In this document: in pieces, positions 47,726 through 58,100 of the stretch
Numbering within the stretch: the stretch's first letter is position 1
Layout of the letters: each line of letters opens with the position of its first letter
From: a virus
Taxonomy: Duplodnaviria; Caudoviricetes
DNA length: 60,367 nt
Virus record (IMG/VR): IMGVR_UViG_3300011335_000506
Location: 1-60,367 of that record
Direction: 5' to 3' (one strand)
Position numbers and translations under genes: made by a program
Notes under the pieces: generated by a model
What the model saw: the letters and a program-made list of their open reading frames with translations, nothing else
The model's database searches: none
What the model was told of the DNA's origin: nothing

Positions 47726-48109
47726 ATGCTAAATAAAGTGATATTGACTGGGCGCCTTGTGGCTGATCCTGAAGTTGTAAACACGCAAAGCGCTACTAGC
47801 GTCGTAAAGGTACGTATAGCTGTAGATCGCAAGGGCCGTGAAAAAGAGACGGACTTCTTTGATTGTGTAGCGTTTGGTAAGACGGGTGACTTTGCTGCCA
47901 CTTACCTGAACAAGGGTCGGATGGTCGCAATCGTGGGCAACCTCCGTGTACGCTCTTATGACGCCCAGGATGGATCCAAGCGGAAGGTCTGGGAGATCAT
48001 TATTGATGAGGCTCACCCGCTTGACTCACGTAAGGTCGAGCAAGGCGAACAATCCATGCCAGCTCAAAAGCCAGTCGTGACAGACGACATTGAAGATCCG
48101 TTCGCATGA
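47726..48109 (+). CDS. ssb: Single-stranded DNA-binding protein
   Basis: MLNKVILTGRLVADPE... and acidic DDIEDPFA tail. Confidence 0.95.
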   Translation: MLNKVILTGRLVADPEVVNTQSATSVVKVRIAVDRKGREKETDFFDCVAFGKTGDFAATYLNKGRMVAIVGNLRVRSYDAQDGSKRKVWEIIIDEAHPLDSRKVEQGEQSMPAQKPVVTDDIEDPFA

Positions 48110-48369
48110 CACGCGAAAGGATTGAAGAGATCTGCGAAAGTGCAGTAGGTGATGAAGCTGGCACATTGCTGGCTGATGGGCTAGATGCTGGATTTCTTGG
48201 TGTCACTGATGATGGCATTGCTGTGTACAGTAAAGAAAAGTGTGTTCGTGCAATCATGGAGCAAGATGGCATATCTGATGAAGAAGCCATTGAATTCCTA
48301 GAGTTCAACACATTTAGTACTTACGTGGGTGAGATGACACCAATGTTCATCAATACAGGATGGGATTAA
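48106..48369 (+). CDS. Hypothetical phage protein
   Basis: ADGLD..GV...AVYS...EEA.EF.EFN..YVGE.TP, a common family. Confidence 0.7.
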   Translation: MTRERIEEICESAVGDEAGTLLADGLDAGFLGVTDDGIAVYSKEKCVRAIMEQDGISDEEAIEFLEFNTFSTYVGEMTPMFINTGWD

Positions 48370-48614
48370 CAGTCCCAGGCTCTGAGTGACTTATTGATGC
48401 GGCTATTCGGATCGTTTGCGGTCTTGCTCGATGTGTTCTTGGCTTTCATGCCAGACATGCGAGCACAGAATGATTTACGTCGAGCTGCATCTTTAGGTGT
48501 CTTTGGATCCGGAGCGGGTGGCTTTAGCTTTGCACCGGTCGTCTTCTTGAAGTAAGCACGACCAGCAGCGTTAAGGCCACCGGCAGGATTCTGATGTTTC
48601 TTAGTAACACCCAT
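48366..48614 (-). CDS. Basic hypothetical phage protein
   Basis: GGLNAAGR...RRKSFCARM.G...SRINKSLR.W.C. Confidence 0.7.
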   Translation of the reverse strand: MGVTKKHQNPAGGLNAAGRAYFKKTTGAKLKPPAPDPKTPKDAARRKSFCARMSGMKAKNTSSKTANDPNSRINKSLRAWDC

Positions 48615-49087
48615 TACTTGATCTTTAGAAGCTTTCGCATTGGGGATACTGGTGCTTTACCCGCCATTGCTGCAACCATCTTTGCACCAGTTTTTGCAGA
48701 TACTGGTTTTGCTGGAGAAACTTTACTTAGGTTTGGTCTACTGTTTTTTGCAGCTTTAGAACCATACTCCATAGCGTCTTCTGTCTTCATGCCTTTTGCA
48801 AGTGCAACCTTTTCAGCATTCTTTGCAGCAGAAAGACTGTTACTCAACTGCTTCAACATGCCGTTGGGGCCGCGCTTATTCATTGCGTATGAGTCATTCA
48901 TTTCTCGTTTAGCATTACGGCCAGCTGCGTCTACACGAGAATTACGTTTACCAAATGACATAAATCCTTCTGGATCCATTTCACCAACGGTGCCAGAATA
49001 CTTATCCATATAATCGCCTTTACCGGCAATGTAATCTTTGTTTGTTAGCTTCTTATCTTGTGGCATAACGTCACTCCTTTGTGACAT
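48614..49087 (-). CDS. Lys-rich hypothetical protein
   Basis: 157 aa (start may be 49066 after AGGAG). Coupled to the next gene. Confidence 0.55.
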   Translation of the reverse strand: MSQRSDVMPQDKKLTNKDYIAGKGDYMDKYSGTVGEMDPEGFMSFGKRNSRVDAAGRNAKREMNDSYAMNKRGPNGMLKQLSNSLSAAKNAEKVALAKGMKTEDAMEYGSKAAKNSRPNLSKVSPAKPVSAKTGAKMVAAMAGKAPVSPMRKLLKIK

Positions 49088-49091
49088 TGTA

Positions 49092-49163
49092 CTCCTACTG
49101 TTGGGATCGAACCAACGACCGTCCGGTTAACAGCCGGATGCTCTACCGCTAAGCTAAGTAGGA
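49092..49163 (-). tRNA. tRNA-Asn (GTT)
   Basis: Acceptor TCCTACT/AGTAGGA, D-arm TAGC..GGTAGAGC, anticodon CCGG-CTGTTAA-CCGG, T-loop GGTTCGATCC. CCA not encoded. Confidence 0.92.
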
Positions 49164-49169
49164 ATGTAT

Positions 49170-49481
49170 TTATTTAATGATACCGACTTTGCGACCTTTG
49201 GCAACAGCCTGGTCACGAGCCTTGGCACCACTGCATCCAAGTTTCCAGTACATGCTATCCATATGAAATTGAACAGTCCTGTGACTGATTCCAAGACCTG
49301 TAGCAATCTGTTTAGCTGTCAACTTAGCTGACATAGATTTCAATATCTCAAGTTCTCGTGGGCTTAACTCGTAATCAAGTTTACTATTAGATGTCTTTTG
49401 ATCACCGTCATCTGGTGTTTCACCTATAGCTCTCCATCGATACCCATCGAAAAACATGCCTTCATGGTCTTGTTCTTCCAT
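49170..49481 (-). CDS. LuxR-type HTH regulator
   Basis: LSPRELEIL....LTAKQIA..LGISHRTVQFH......KLG. Confidence 0.85.
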   Translation of the reverse strand: MEEQDHEGMFFDGYRWRAIGETPDDGDQKTSNSKLDYELSPRELEILKSMSAKLTAKQIATGLGISHRTVQFHMDSMYWKLGCSGAKARDQAVAKGRKVGIIK

Positions 49482-49563
49482 ACGACATCCTCCTGTAGTA
49501 CAATCGATTATGTACTTGATGCAATGCTAGCAAGTAAGTATAACATAGCAGTACAGGCGACAT

Positions 49564-50205
49564 ATGCAAAACGAAAAGAAAATCCAATCGCGATCCGACT
49601 TGCAAATTAAAGACAAGAGGTCGGTGACTACTGGAGAAGTGCGAACAACAACTCCGACAAGTCGCCAGGTACAGTCTAGATTGCTAGGAGACGCTGGCCG
49701 AAAAGCAGGTCTTAGTAAGACAGCAATTAAAAGCGCTAAGACTAAACTACCTGCTGACACGGTCAAAGGTATAGAATCTAAATCCAATGCTGTTGCGTCA
49801 CGAAACGTGACAGCGCGTGACTCCAATATATCTGGCGTCATGAAGGATCGATTGTCACAGCGTCAGGTGCAAGCAAAAGCAGAAGCATCTATTAAGCGAA
49901 CACTTGATGCAGAGTTTGCAGCAAAGAAGTCGCCTATTACTAAAGTTAAAGCTGCTGGAAACATAGCAGCCAACACAGCAAAGTCAACAGCCGGCAAGGT
50001 TGCAAGTGATGCAGGGCGTGTCATTGGAGGCAAGGCTCTTGGTGCTGCAGCTCTTGTTATGGATGAGCAACCTACTTTTCAACAGATGAAACGCACGAGA
50101 GCTGACATAGTACCTGCGTATAGGAATAGACCTACACCTGCTTCTGCAAACAAATGGGTTGTTGGAAAAAACGGCAACTTGAGATTCGTAGCAGGAAAAA
50201 AATGA
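49564..50205 (+). CDS. Basic hypothetical protein
   Basis: 213 aa, K/R/A-rich. Confidence 0.6.
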   Translation: MQNEKKIQSRSDLQIKDKRSVTTGEVRTTTPTSRQVQSRLLGDAGRKAGLSKTAIKSAKTKLPADTVKGIESKSNAVASRNVTARDSNISGVMKDRLSQRQVQAKAEASIKRTLDAEFAAKKSPITKVKAAGNIAANTAKSTAGKVASDAGRVIGGKALGAAALVMDEQPTFQQMKRTRADIVPAYRNRPTPASANKWVVGKNGNLRFVAGKK

Positions 50206-50426
50206 TCAACCAACTCAATAAGCACATGAACCATTTGAGTATCAAGAAAAATCTGCTTGATATAGAATCTATTGAGCATGGTCGTAAGATTACTAAAAAG
50301 AATTTAATGAGTACTGAGATGAAAGAACATAGTTTAAAGAAGAAGCCTACTATGTCTCAGTTGTTGGGGATGGAGCGTAAAGAACACTTACGCAATGGGA
50401 ACATTGTTATTCAGAAGGAGTATTGA
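50202..50426 (+). CDS. Basic hypothetical protein
   Basis: MINQLNK..., ATGA coupling. Repeated LL..E..EH motif. Confidence 0.55.
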   Translation: MINQLNKHMNHLSIKKNLLDIESIEHGRKITKKNLMSTEMKEHSLKKKPTMSQLLGMERKEHLRNGNIVIQKEY

Positions 50427-50427
50427 T

Positions 50428-50595
50428 ATGCCACAGGGAATGCCTTATCCAAAGGGTGATATGTCTATGAAGGGCGCAAAGTCTATGCGCGACATGATGG
50501 GCATGGGTAAGTCTGGTAGTAAGCCAGAAATGCCTATGAAGGGTAAGAAAGCCATGCCTAAGAAAATGGGGATGAAGCGTGGAAAAAGCTGCTAA
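50428..50595 (+). CDS. Small Lys/Met/Gly-rich protein
   Basis: AAGGAG RBS, MPQGMPYPKG... Confidence 0.6.
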   Translation: MPQGMPYPKGDMSMKGAKSMRDMMGMGKSGSKPEMPMKGKKAMPKKMGMKRGKSC

Positions 50596-50770
50596 AGGTA
50601 AACAAATACCTACACCGGAAGACCTTAAACCTGTGCTTCCTAATCGTAAAATGCCAATGATGAGTCAAAAGATCATTGGCAAAGCACGAGCTAAAACAGG
50701 AATGGGACGTGGGATCAACAACATGATGAACCCACAAACTCGTCAATCCCCATACGGAAATATGCAGTAA
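50579..50770 (+). CDS. Small basic protein
   Basis: 63 aa, fills the operon gap. Confidence 0.45.
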   Translation: MEKAAKGKQIPTPEDLKPVLPNRKMPMMSQKIIGKARAKTGMGRGINNMMNPQTRQSPYGNMQ

Positions 50771-50774
50771 TAAA

Positions 50775-51923
50775 ATGCCACAACAAACACAGCAGCAGAA
50801 AGAAGCAAATCGAAGTACTGACAGAGTCAGGTTAGCCGTTAATCTTGGTTCGGCTGTACCTCCTATTATTTCTATAATCCGGAACGCACAAGCAGCGAGT
50901 GCGTTTAAAAACAAAGCTGCTGCTGTGCAGACTCCATTTGAAACTGAATTCACGACTACTGCAGTTGCCGGTACGCGAGGCGATGCAGTAAATCCAACAG
51001 TTCCAGGAACCAAAGGAACTAATAGACCTTTTAGAACTTTATACGATACAGTCCAAGACCCAAAAATTGACTATGGCACAATGCGCAAGATGTCCATATT
51101 TAATCCAAAGCGAGCCGGGCAAACACAAGAGTTCGTTAAAGAGATTAAAACGCCATTGTATAAAGACGCTGCACGTGAAGCAATCATGAATGAAGCAAGG
51201 ACTTCATCTAAACGTGGTGGCATAGGTCGCGCAATCAACAATGCTAAAATTTCGTTAGGAGGAACTGGAACTCCTGCATTTGCGCCTGTTACACCTAAAT
51301 CTGGATCTGCACCAGGAAAATCAACTTTACCAAAACCAAGTCCCGAATTACAAAAAGAATTGAATGTAGCAAGGCAACGTCTTCGTGAAGCTAAAAGCGT
51401 AGCCGATGTTCGTTCCGTCGTTGAAGACATGAACCGGATGGGTAAAAACAATGTCTTAGGAATGAAATTTGGCCCAGACATTGGAGCTGCTTGGCGCCGA
51501 ATAACTGGTAACCCTCTCACCAAAACTGCATTAAAAACTGCACCTTGGCTTACTGCTGTTGTTGGGCCGGTGGCTTTAGCTGCATTAGAAAATGCTGACG
51601 CAAAGAATTTTGCTGAACGTAAAAAAACCGACATGGCTGGTGCTGGTGCAAAAGGGCCTGGTGGTACTGTTGTTGGCGCTTCAACTCCCCCACCTAAGTC
51701 AGCTGCTGTTAATGCAGCTTTGATACAAGCTATAGATGACAAGTTTGATGAAATTGGAACTACCGTTGCAAACGATGCTTCTATTCCTAGTTCAAAGATC
51801 CATCAAAACCAACTACGACTATTTAACGAATGGCTAAATAATAGCAAAGAACACAAAGACGCTTTTTACGCAGACCCAAAAACGTATAAGCGATATCAAG
51901 ACGTTATAAATCCAAAGAAATAG
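50775..51923 (+). CDS. Hypothetical protein (possible internal virion protein)
   Basis: 382-aa ORF. Confidence 0.65.
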   Translation: MPQQTQQQKEANRSTDRVRLAVNLGSAVPPIISIIRNAQAASAFKNKAAAVQTPFETEFTTTAVAGTRGDAVNPTVPGTKGTNRPFRTLYDTVQDPKIDYGTMRKMSIFNPKRAGQTQEFVKEIKTPLYKDAAREAIMNEARTSSKRGGIGRAINNAKISLGGTGTPAFAPVTPKSGSAPGKSTLPKPSPELQKELNVARQRLREAKSVADVRSVVEDMNRMGKNNVLGMKFGPDIGAAWRRITGNPLTKTALKTAPWLTAVVGPVALAALENADAKNFAERKKTDMAGAGAKGPGGTVVGASTPPPKSAAVNAALIQAIDDKFDEIGTTVANDASIPSSKIHQNQLRLFNEWLNNSKEHKDAFYADPKTYKRYQDVINPKK

Positions 51924-51932
51924 GATATTGAT

Positions 51933-52418
51933 ATGCCGCCACAATTAATGGGTATGGGTCAGGGTTTATTGCGAATTCTAGGTAAACTTCCAAGTCCTCT
52001 TTCTACTGCTCAAGCAATAGGCGGTGCAGTATTTTCTCCTCAAGCAGATGAGCAACAACATTACTATGGCCAGGATTCTTTACCACCAGAATCTCGTATA
52101 CCTAACCGCTATAACAGTTGGGAGTTGTTAGGGTTGATGGCACAAGAACGTCAACGTGCATATCAAGAAGTAGCACGACAAACGCGAGCTGCTGGAGGTT
52201 CCACAGCAGACGTGCATAGGAACTTTAGGGATATGACAAACGGAAAATTCTACAACAACCCTGGTGATATATTGCGCGGTGCCGGTCGCCTTACACCAAA
52301 GCAAGGAAACATTGCTCCATCTAATTTAGTGTTAGTGCCGGGTCAAATGCGACAAGGTTTTGGTAAGCCGTTACCAAGGATGCCTTCTAATCCAGAGTAT
52401 CCAGCATTTACTCCATAA
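51933..52418 (+). CDS. Hypothetical protein
   Basis: 161-aa ORF. Confidence 0.6.
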   Translation: MPPQLMGMGQGLLRILGKLPSPLSTAQAIGGAVFSPQADEQQHYYGQDSLPPESRIPNRYNSWELLGLMAQERQRAYQEVARQTRAAGGSTADVHRNFRDMTNGKFYNNPGDILRGAGRLTPKQGNIAPSNLVLVPGQMRQGFGKPLPRMPSNPEYPAFTP

Positions 52419-52446
52419 CTAGTAAGTAAGTTGGTATTATGGATCT

Positions 52447-53205
52447 ATGTCAGAGATTGTTGAAATTGGTAATGATCGATATCGAGTTAGCAATGGACGT
52501 AAAGTAAAGCTTTGCCACGGTACGTCTGTAGGTGGACTTGATGGGCCACGCCCTTGTAACAACATTGCTCAGACAGATAGAGATTATTGTCGATTCCATG
52601 GTGGGAAAACACTGATTGGGCCAGCCCATCCAAATTTCATCACGGGTCTAAATACACGTAACTACAAACGTTTCAGTAAAGTAGGTCAGGAATTACTTCA
52701 GCAGATTGATGATTTGCGGAATGATCCTGACCTCTTTTCGTTAAAAGATGATGCTGCTTTTATTACAGCCATTATGGACAAACGTGCTGAAGCTGCTTCA
52801 GAAGGTGTTGGGTTAGAACAGTACAAGAAGGTTCAAGCTGCTTACCAGCTTGCGCACAGTAAACTTGGATCATCTGACTTTATCGATGCGTTTGAGCAAA
52901 TTGGTGACACGATTAACGACACGTTGGATCAATATGCTGCAAGTAGAGATGTGCTTGAATTAATTGACCGGCGTGTGGGCATAGTCGAAGCTGAACAACG
53001 AATGATGCATGCCAAGGCATACACTCTTGAAGTAGATCAAGCGTTTTCCTTTGCAATGCAGTTGCTAGAGGTCGTTAAAGATAACGTGCGTAATGGCGAT
53101 GAATTAATTGCTATACGAGCTGGTGTACAGAAGATGTTGAAGGTTTATAAAGCTGAAGACATTGAAGGCATAGTTGATGCGGAGATTGTAAATGAATCAG
53201 CGTGA
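52447..53205 (+). CDS. Probable terminase small subunit (Zn-finger C..C..CRFHGG)
   Basis: Directly upstream of TerL. CRFHGG motif followed by a helical domain. Confidence 0.65.
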   Translation: MSEIVEIGNDRYRVSNGRKVKLCHGTSVGGLDGPRPCNNIAQTDRDYCRFHGGKTLIGPAHPNFITGLNTRNYKRFSKVGQELLQQIDDLRNDPDLFSLKDDAAFITAIMDKRAEAASEGVGLEQYKKVQAAYQLAHSKLGSSDFIDAFEQIGDTINDTLDQYAASRDVLELIDRRVGIVEAEQRMMHAKAYTLEVDQAFSFAMQLLEVVKDNVRNGDELIAIRAGVQKMLKVYKAEDIEGIVDAEIVNESA

Positions 53206-54925
53206 TCACGACAAACTTACACCTAGACGGTTTAAACAATTTACTCGCCCAGACAAGCCATTGTCCTATGCACTTCTGGAAGCAATGGATGCCCGTCTCA
53301 AAGAAGTAATTGAAACTGGCGATTACAATTCAGGGAGGGCGTATTCAATTAACGGAGCTGATTTAGATTACAAAAAATGGTTGCGCACGTACGCACCACA
53401 CGCTGCATCATCAGACCTTGGCGCACATCACGAAAGAGCTTGGGAATGGGCTGAATCCATTGAGCCAGGTAACCCACCAAAGGCTCTAATTGAGTGTTGG
53501 TTTCGAGGTGGTGGGAAAAGTACCACCATGGAGCTTATAACCTCTAGAATCGCCGTCAAAGGCACCAGACGGTTCCTTGTATATGTATGTGCTACACAGG
53601 AAGCAGCAGACAGGCACGTCTCTGACATTGCTACGACGATGGAACGCTGTGGCATTGAAAGGGCTATGAACCGATATGGCTTTTCTAAAGGCTGGAATGC
53701 GAGTAAGTTACGCACTGCTAACGGTTTTAATGTTCTGGCTTTTGGTCTTGATACTGGTGCTCGTGGTGTCAAGCTTGATCACCTTCGGCCTGATTTCATT
53801 ATCTTGGACGACATTGATGAACTCGATGACTCGGTTAACCGGGTCGACAAAAAGATTGCAACGATAACGCAAACCATCTTGCCGGCTAAATCTAATGACT
53901 GCGCTATTGCTTTTGTGCAGAACAAGATTCACGCAAACTCTGTAATGGCACAAGTACTAAGTGGTGAGTTGGATATGTTACAGAACAGAATCCAGTCTCC
54001 AATCGTTCCAGCTATTATTGACTTGCGGTATGAGCCTATTGAAAAAGAAGACGGGCGCATGGGGTACAAGATCACAAGTGGTACTCCTAGTTGGTCTCAT
54101 AAAAACCTTGAGGTCTGTCAACGGGAAATTGACGACTATGGACTAATTTCGTTTTTGCGTGAGTGCCAACATGACGTTGGTGTAGGTGGTAGATTCTTCC
54201 CTGAATTTAAACAACACGATGACAAGGGTCAACCATGGCACGTTGTCGACACCATTGATGTCAAACCTTGGTGGAGATTCTGGGCATCGCATGACTTTGG
54301 TACTAATAGTCCAGCGTCATTTATGATTTATGCGAGTGATGATGTAGAAAATGTTTACGTTCTTGCAGAGATTTACAAAAATGGAATGGTCTCAAGTCAG
54401 CAAGCTGACGCAGCTCTGGAACTATTGGAGACAATGAAATTAGCGGAACCGCTGCAATCAGATAAACGACATGAGACATGGCGCACTAAACTTGAAGCAA
54501 TCGCATTCGACTGGGGTAACACATTTCCCCCAGAAAACCCTGCACAACGTATTGGTGAGTACCCTGTTGAGATTTGGTGGAAGAAAGGCATGCCGGCAGT
54601 TCGTGCTGTTAAAGACCGCAAGGCTGGTTGGCGACGTGTCAAAGAATGGCTTGCTTCATCTCGCATGCACGAGGGCGCTGTTATTCCACGACTGCGCATA
54701 CTACGTAACGGATGTCCTAACCTTATTCGTGAACTAGAAGCAGCCATGGCTGATCCACGCGATCCAGAAGAACTCGACAATGGTACCAAGAGTGACCACG
54801 CTCTAGACTCATTTAGATATGGTGTTATGTGGCGCGAGTATCCGGCTAAGTGCGATGAAGTAACAGAGAAACTAAAGTACGCACCGTCTTGGCTAAAACC
54901 ACCAGCTTCTGAGGATTACCTATGA
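53192..54925 (+). CDS. terL: Terminase large subunit
   Basis: RGGGKST Walker A, IILDDID, HDFG nuclease Asp and DHALDSFRYG. Confidence 0.93.
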   Translation: MNQRDHDKLTPRRFKQFTRPDKPLSYALLEAMDARLKEVIETGDYNSGRAYSINGADLDYKKWLRTYAPHAASSDLGAHHERAWEWAESIEPGNPPKALIECWFRGGGKSTTMELITSRIAVKGTRRFLVYVCATQEAADRHVSDIATTMERCGIERAMNRYGFSKGWNASKLRTANGFNVLAFGLDTGARGVKLDHLRPDFIILDDIDELDDSVNRVDKKIATITQTILPAKSNDCAIAFVQNKIHANSVMAQVLSGELDMLQNRIQSPIVPAIIDLRYEPIEKEDGRMGYKITSGTPSWSHKNLEVCQREIDDYGLISFLRECQHDVGVGGRFFPEFKQHDDKGQPWHVVDTIDVKPWWRFWASHDFGTNSPASFMIYASDDVENVYVLAEIYKNGMVSSQQADAALELLETMKLAEPLQSDKRHETWRTKLEAIAFDWGNTFPPENPAQRIGEYPVEIWWKKGMPAVRAVKDRKAGWRRVKEWLASSRMHEGAVIPRLRILRNGCPNLIRELEAAMADPRDPEELDNGTKSDHALDSFRYGVMWREYPAKCDEVTEKLKYAPSWLKPPASEDYL

Positions 54926-55065
54926 CAAACGTATTACTGGCAATCATTGGAGTAATTTGTATTGTTATTGCATATGCATCGGTTAGCGTATACTTGGTAT
55001 TGAAACAACTTGTTGGCAATCCTTGGATGATGAGGACTCTTAGCCAGGAAGATAGGTACCTCTAA
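54922..55065 (+). CDS. 47-aa single-TM protein
   Basis: MTNVLLAIIGVICIVIAYASVSVYLVLKQL... Coupled to both TerL and portal. Confidence 0.6.
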   Translation: MTNVLLAIIGVICIVIAYASVSVYLVLKQLVGNPWMMRTLSQEDRYL

Positions 55066-57230
55066 TGGCAATGCAAGACATATTAGGACAACTACTTGGT
55101 GGTGGGCAGCAAGCTAAAGTAATGGCTGCAAAAGCGCCTGGCAATGAAGGCACACCTGGCAGTTTTGATATTGAAAGTCTGTTACTAAACGATCCTAAAA
55201 AACTTGGTATTGATCATGAAAAACAGGATTGGAAAGTATCTCCTGACGAAGATAGTGATGAAGCTAAGGGTGTCACCAAGTTTGTAAAAGAACAGTTTGA
55301 CGCAGCATATAGAACACGCTACGAAATGGAGCTTGAATGGATGCAAGCCCTAGCGTTTTTTGAAGGCCGTCAATGGTACAGGATCAACTCTGCGGCACGT
55401 AATCTTGCTTCATTGCAAGATGATAAAGAACCAAACCGTTACATCACTATCAATAAAATGAGGCCATTGATTGATGGGGTTGTCGGTAAGCTTACACAAG
55501 TTGGGCCAGATGCTAGGGCTGTACCGCTGTCCTACAATGAACGAGATCAAGCTGCATCTGACGAAGCTAACTATATCTGTGGTCACTTCACTCGCAAGTT
55601 TAATCGCGAGACTCAATTAAAAGAACGAGTTAGGTGGGCATGTGTAACTGGTACATCATTTGTAAAGGTGTACTGGAACGCCAAGTCAGAACAGGTAATG
55701 CCTTACTTTGATTTGAATGGCGAGATAACTGGTTACGATAAGGTTCAAATTGGTGATGTAGAAGAGGAAATTATCCCATGCTTCAACATCTACATTGACC
55801 CACATGCACAAACTGATCATCACATTCGTTGGATGATTCACGCTAGTATCAAGCCACTTGGATGGTTTGTAGATAATTACGGAGAAGCTGGAAAGAAGGT
55901 CAAGGCAAATGCGTTGACTGGGCAGTCAGCTGGAAACGTAGATGCTTATCTAGAAGGATCGAATGGCGGTGGTCAAGCATGGACGCAACCGACATCCGCA
56001 AGGTTGAACTCAGCTGATCACAGGCGTATGGCTGCTGTTGTATATGAATACTGGGAGAAACCAACAGCTCAATACCCTAAAGGTCGATACATTGTTACGG
56101 CAGATGACCAATTGCTTTATGCTGGCGTTTGGCCATACGAGAAGCGTGATGAGTTCCCATTTATACCTCTTAGGTGGCAACCAAGATCCGGTACGCCATA
56201 TGGCCACAGTCTTGGATTTGATCTAACGCATCTGCAACTTACATACAATCGTGTTTACTCACGAGCTGTAGAGCAGATGGAAAAGCAAAAAGATTACATT
56301 GTTGTTGAGCGACGTGCGCGTATTGGTGCTGATGCATTTAATAGCACAGGAGACGACATTAATGACAAGAATCGCACTTATCGAAAGGTCTATCACGACA
56401 CCGGAACGCGTCCTCCTGCGATTACTCGTGCGCCAGGCATCAGTGCTGACTTGTTCCCATTTCTACAGTTGATGGAAAAGGACATGGCAGACATTGCTGG
56501 TCTCCATGACGTTAGTCAAGGAATGGCTCAAGCCGGTACACCAGCTGAATCTGTACGGTTGTTGCAACGCGCTGATAACACTCAGCATAGCTATATCCGA
56601 GCAGATATTGAAATCAGTGCCGCCAAAATCAAAGAATGGGAGATATCACTCGTACAGCAATTTGCGGCTGCTCCATTCATTGGTTCTGTGGACGATCAGA
56701 TGAATCCGCGAGATGCGTCACAGCAGGGTGTTATTACCTTTGACGCTATCAGGGATGGTGGTCAGTATCGTGTGGTTTATGTTCCTGGTAGCACACAAGA
56801 TGATAGCCCAGATCAGAAACTGCAAAAGATATCTATGCTGCGTCAGATGGGATTGTTTGGTGATCCAGCTGATCCAGAAACTAACGCTCTTGTAATAAAA
56901 ATGCTGCAGTTGCCTGAAACTGGAACAATTCTCCAACATTTGCAAAACCAACAAGCTAAACAACAAGAGCAGCAACAGCAGATGATGGAAATGCAACAGC
57001 AACAAATGGAAGCACAGCAGGCACCTAAACAGTCTGCATTTGATCCTGAAGCTGAACAGATGAAATCACAGATGCGAATTGCTGAGAATGAAGCAAAAGC
57101 ACAGTCTGCTAGTAGATCTAAGCAAGAAGACTATGCTGCGCAGAAATTGTCAGACATACAGGCCCAAGCCATGAATAACTTAATGACTCCAACTGGGCAA
57201 CAAAATCAATCACCTAAACCACAGGGTTGA
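55065..57230 (+). CDS. Portal protein (P22-like)
   Basis: FFEG.QW, INKMRP, G..F.KVYW and Gln-rich C-terminal barrel. Follows TerL. Confidence 0.9.
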   Translation: MAMQDILGQLLGGGQQAKVMAAKAPGNEGTPGSFDIESLLLNDPKKLGIDHEKQDWKVSPDEDSDEAKGVTKFVKEQFDAAYRTRYEMELEWMQALAFFEGRQWYRINSAARNLASLQDDKEPNRYITINKMRPLIDGVVGKLTQVGPDARAVPLSYNERDQAASDEANYICGHFTRKFNRETQLKERVRWACVTGTSFVKVYWNAKSEQVMPYFDLNGEITGYDKVQIGDVEEEIIPCFNIYIDPHAQTDHHIRWMIHASIKPLGWFVDNYGEAGKKVKANALTGQSAGNVDAYLEGSNGGGQAWTQPTSARLNSADHRRMAAVVYEYWEKPTAQYPKGRYIVTADDQLLYAGVWPYEKRDEFPFIPLRWQPRSGTPYGHSLGFDLTHLQLTYNRVYSRAVEQMEKQKDYIVVERRARIGADAFNSTGDDINDKNRTYRKVYHDTGTRPPAITRAPGISADLFPFLQLMEKDMADIAGLHDVSQGMAQAGTPAESVRLLQRADNTQHSYIRADIEISAAKIKEWEISLVQQFAAAPFIGSVDDQMNPRDASQQGVITFDAIRDGGQYRVVYVPGSTQDDSPDQKLQKISMLRQMGLFGDPADPETNALVIKMLQLPETGTILQHLQNQQAKQQEQQQQMMEMQQQQMEAQQAPKQSAFDPEAEQMKSQMRIAENEAKAQSASRSKQEDYAAQKLSDIQAQAMNNLMTPTGQQNQSPKPQG

Positions 57231-57273
57231 TTGGCAATAAAATAAAACATTGTGGTAGATTAAGGATAACTAG

Positions 57274-58089
57274 ATGTCTGACGAGATGGTGATGCCAACT
57301 CCCGACTCACCAGCGGGGGCGACGGACAGCGGTTTGCGCGATGCTTTTGCAAACTTCATTCAGGGGGACGCCGCTCCTGAATTGTCAGCGGATAGGGCGT
57401 TAAATGCTGATTCAAGTACACAAGAAGTAGACAACGATTCAATGTTGGATAGGATTCTTGGCGATCAGCCAGGAGCCGTTCCGTATGAGCGTTTTCGCGA
57501 AGTCAATGAGCGAGCCAAGCAAGCTGAACAGACAACCGGAGAGCTGGAGCAATGGCGCGGTGTTATTGATGAGTTCAAGCAACTGGGATTCAACAGTGCT
57601 TCCGATATCCAACAGGCTTTACTTCAACAGCAGCAACAAGCTGAAGAAGCAGAAATTATTGATCGATATCAACGGTTGCAAGATGCTGATGTCATTGATC
57701 CACAAAGTGCGTACGCACAGCAAGAAGCCGAGATTACAAAGCTTCGCTATGAGCGCCAAATGGGTCAGGTGCAACACTATATGTTGCAGCAACAAACTGA
57801 ACAGGCAATGCAGCAGTACAAGTATGCATCCCGTGCGCCTGAACTAGTGTCAAGCCTTATTCAACAGGGTTTGGCTCCCAGTGAAGCTGCACAGTTCGTA
57901 CATAATCAAGTACGTGCTTTAGCGCAACAACTAGTCCCAGAGTTGACTGGGAGATTGCAAAGTCAGGCGCCAACTCCAATGGGCGGTGGACAGTCTGCTG
58001 GTCGAGCACCACAGGCACCACGTTCAATGGGAGCAATGTCCTCGATCTCGCAACTTCTCGGTATTACTCGAAACCCAAATAATCTGTAG
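57274..58089 (+). CDS. Scaffolding protein
   Basis: Acidic N-terminus, VPYERFREVNE coiled coil. Between portal and capsid. Confidence 0.8.
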   Translation: MSDEMVMPTPDSPAGATDSGLRDAFANFIQGDAAPELSADRALNADSSTQEVDNDSMLDRILGDQPGAVPYERFREVNERAKQAEQTTGELEQWRGVIDEFKQLGFNSASDIQQALLQQQQQAEEAEIIDRYQRLQDADVIDPQSAYAQQEAEITKLRYERQMGQVQHYMLQQQTEQAMQQYKYASRAPELVSSLIQQGLAPSEAAQFVHNQVRALAQQLVPELTGRLQSQAPTPMGGGQSAGRAPQAPRSMGAMSSISQLLGITRNPNNL

Positions 58090-58100
58090 GTGAAAAAACA

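Noticed and set aside
51071-51742. 223-aa antisense ORF and similar overlapping ORFs in the track
   Set aside because: Fully nested opposite better-supported genes, with no RBS or operon fit.
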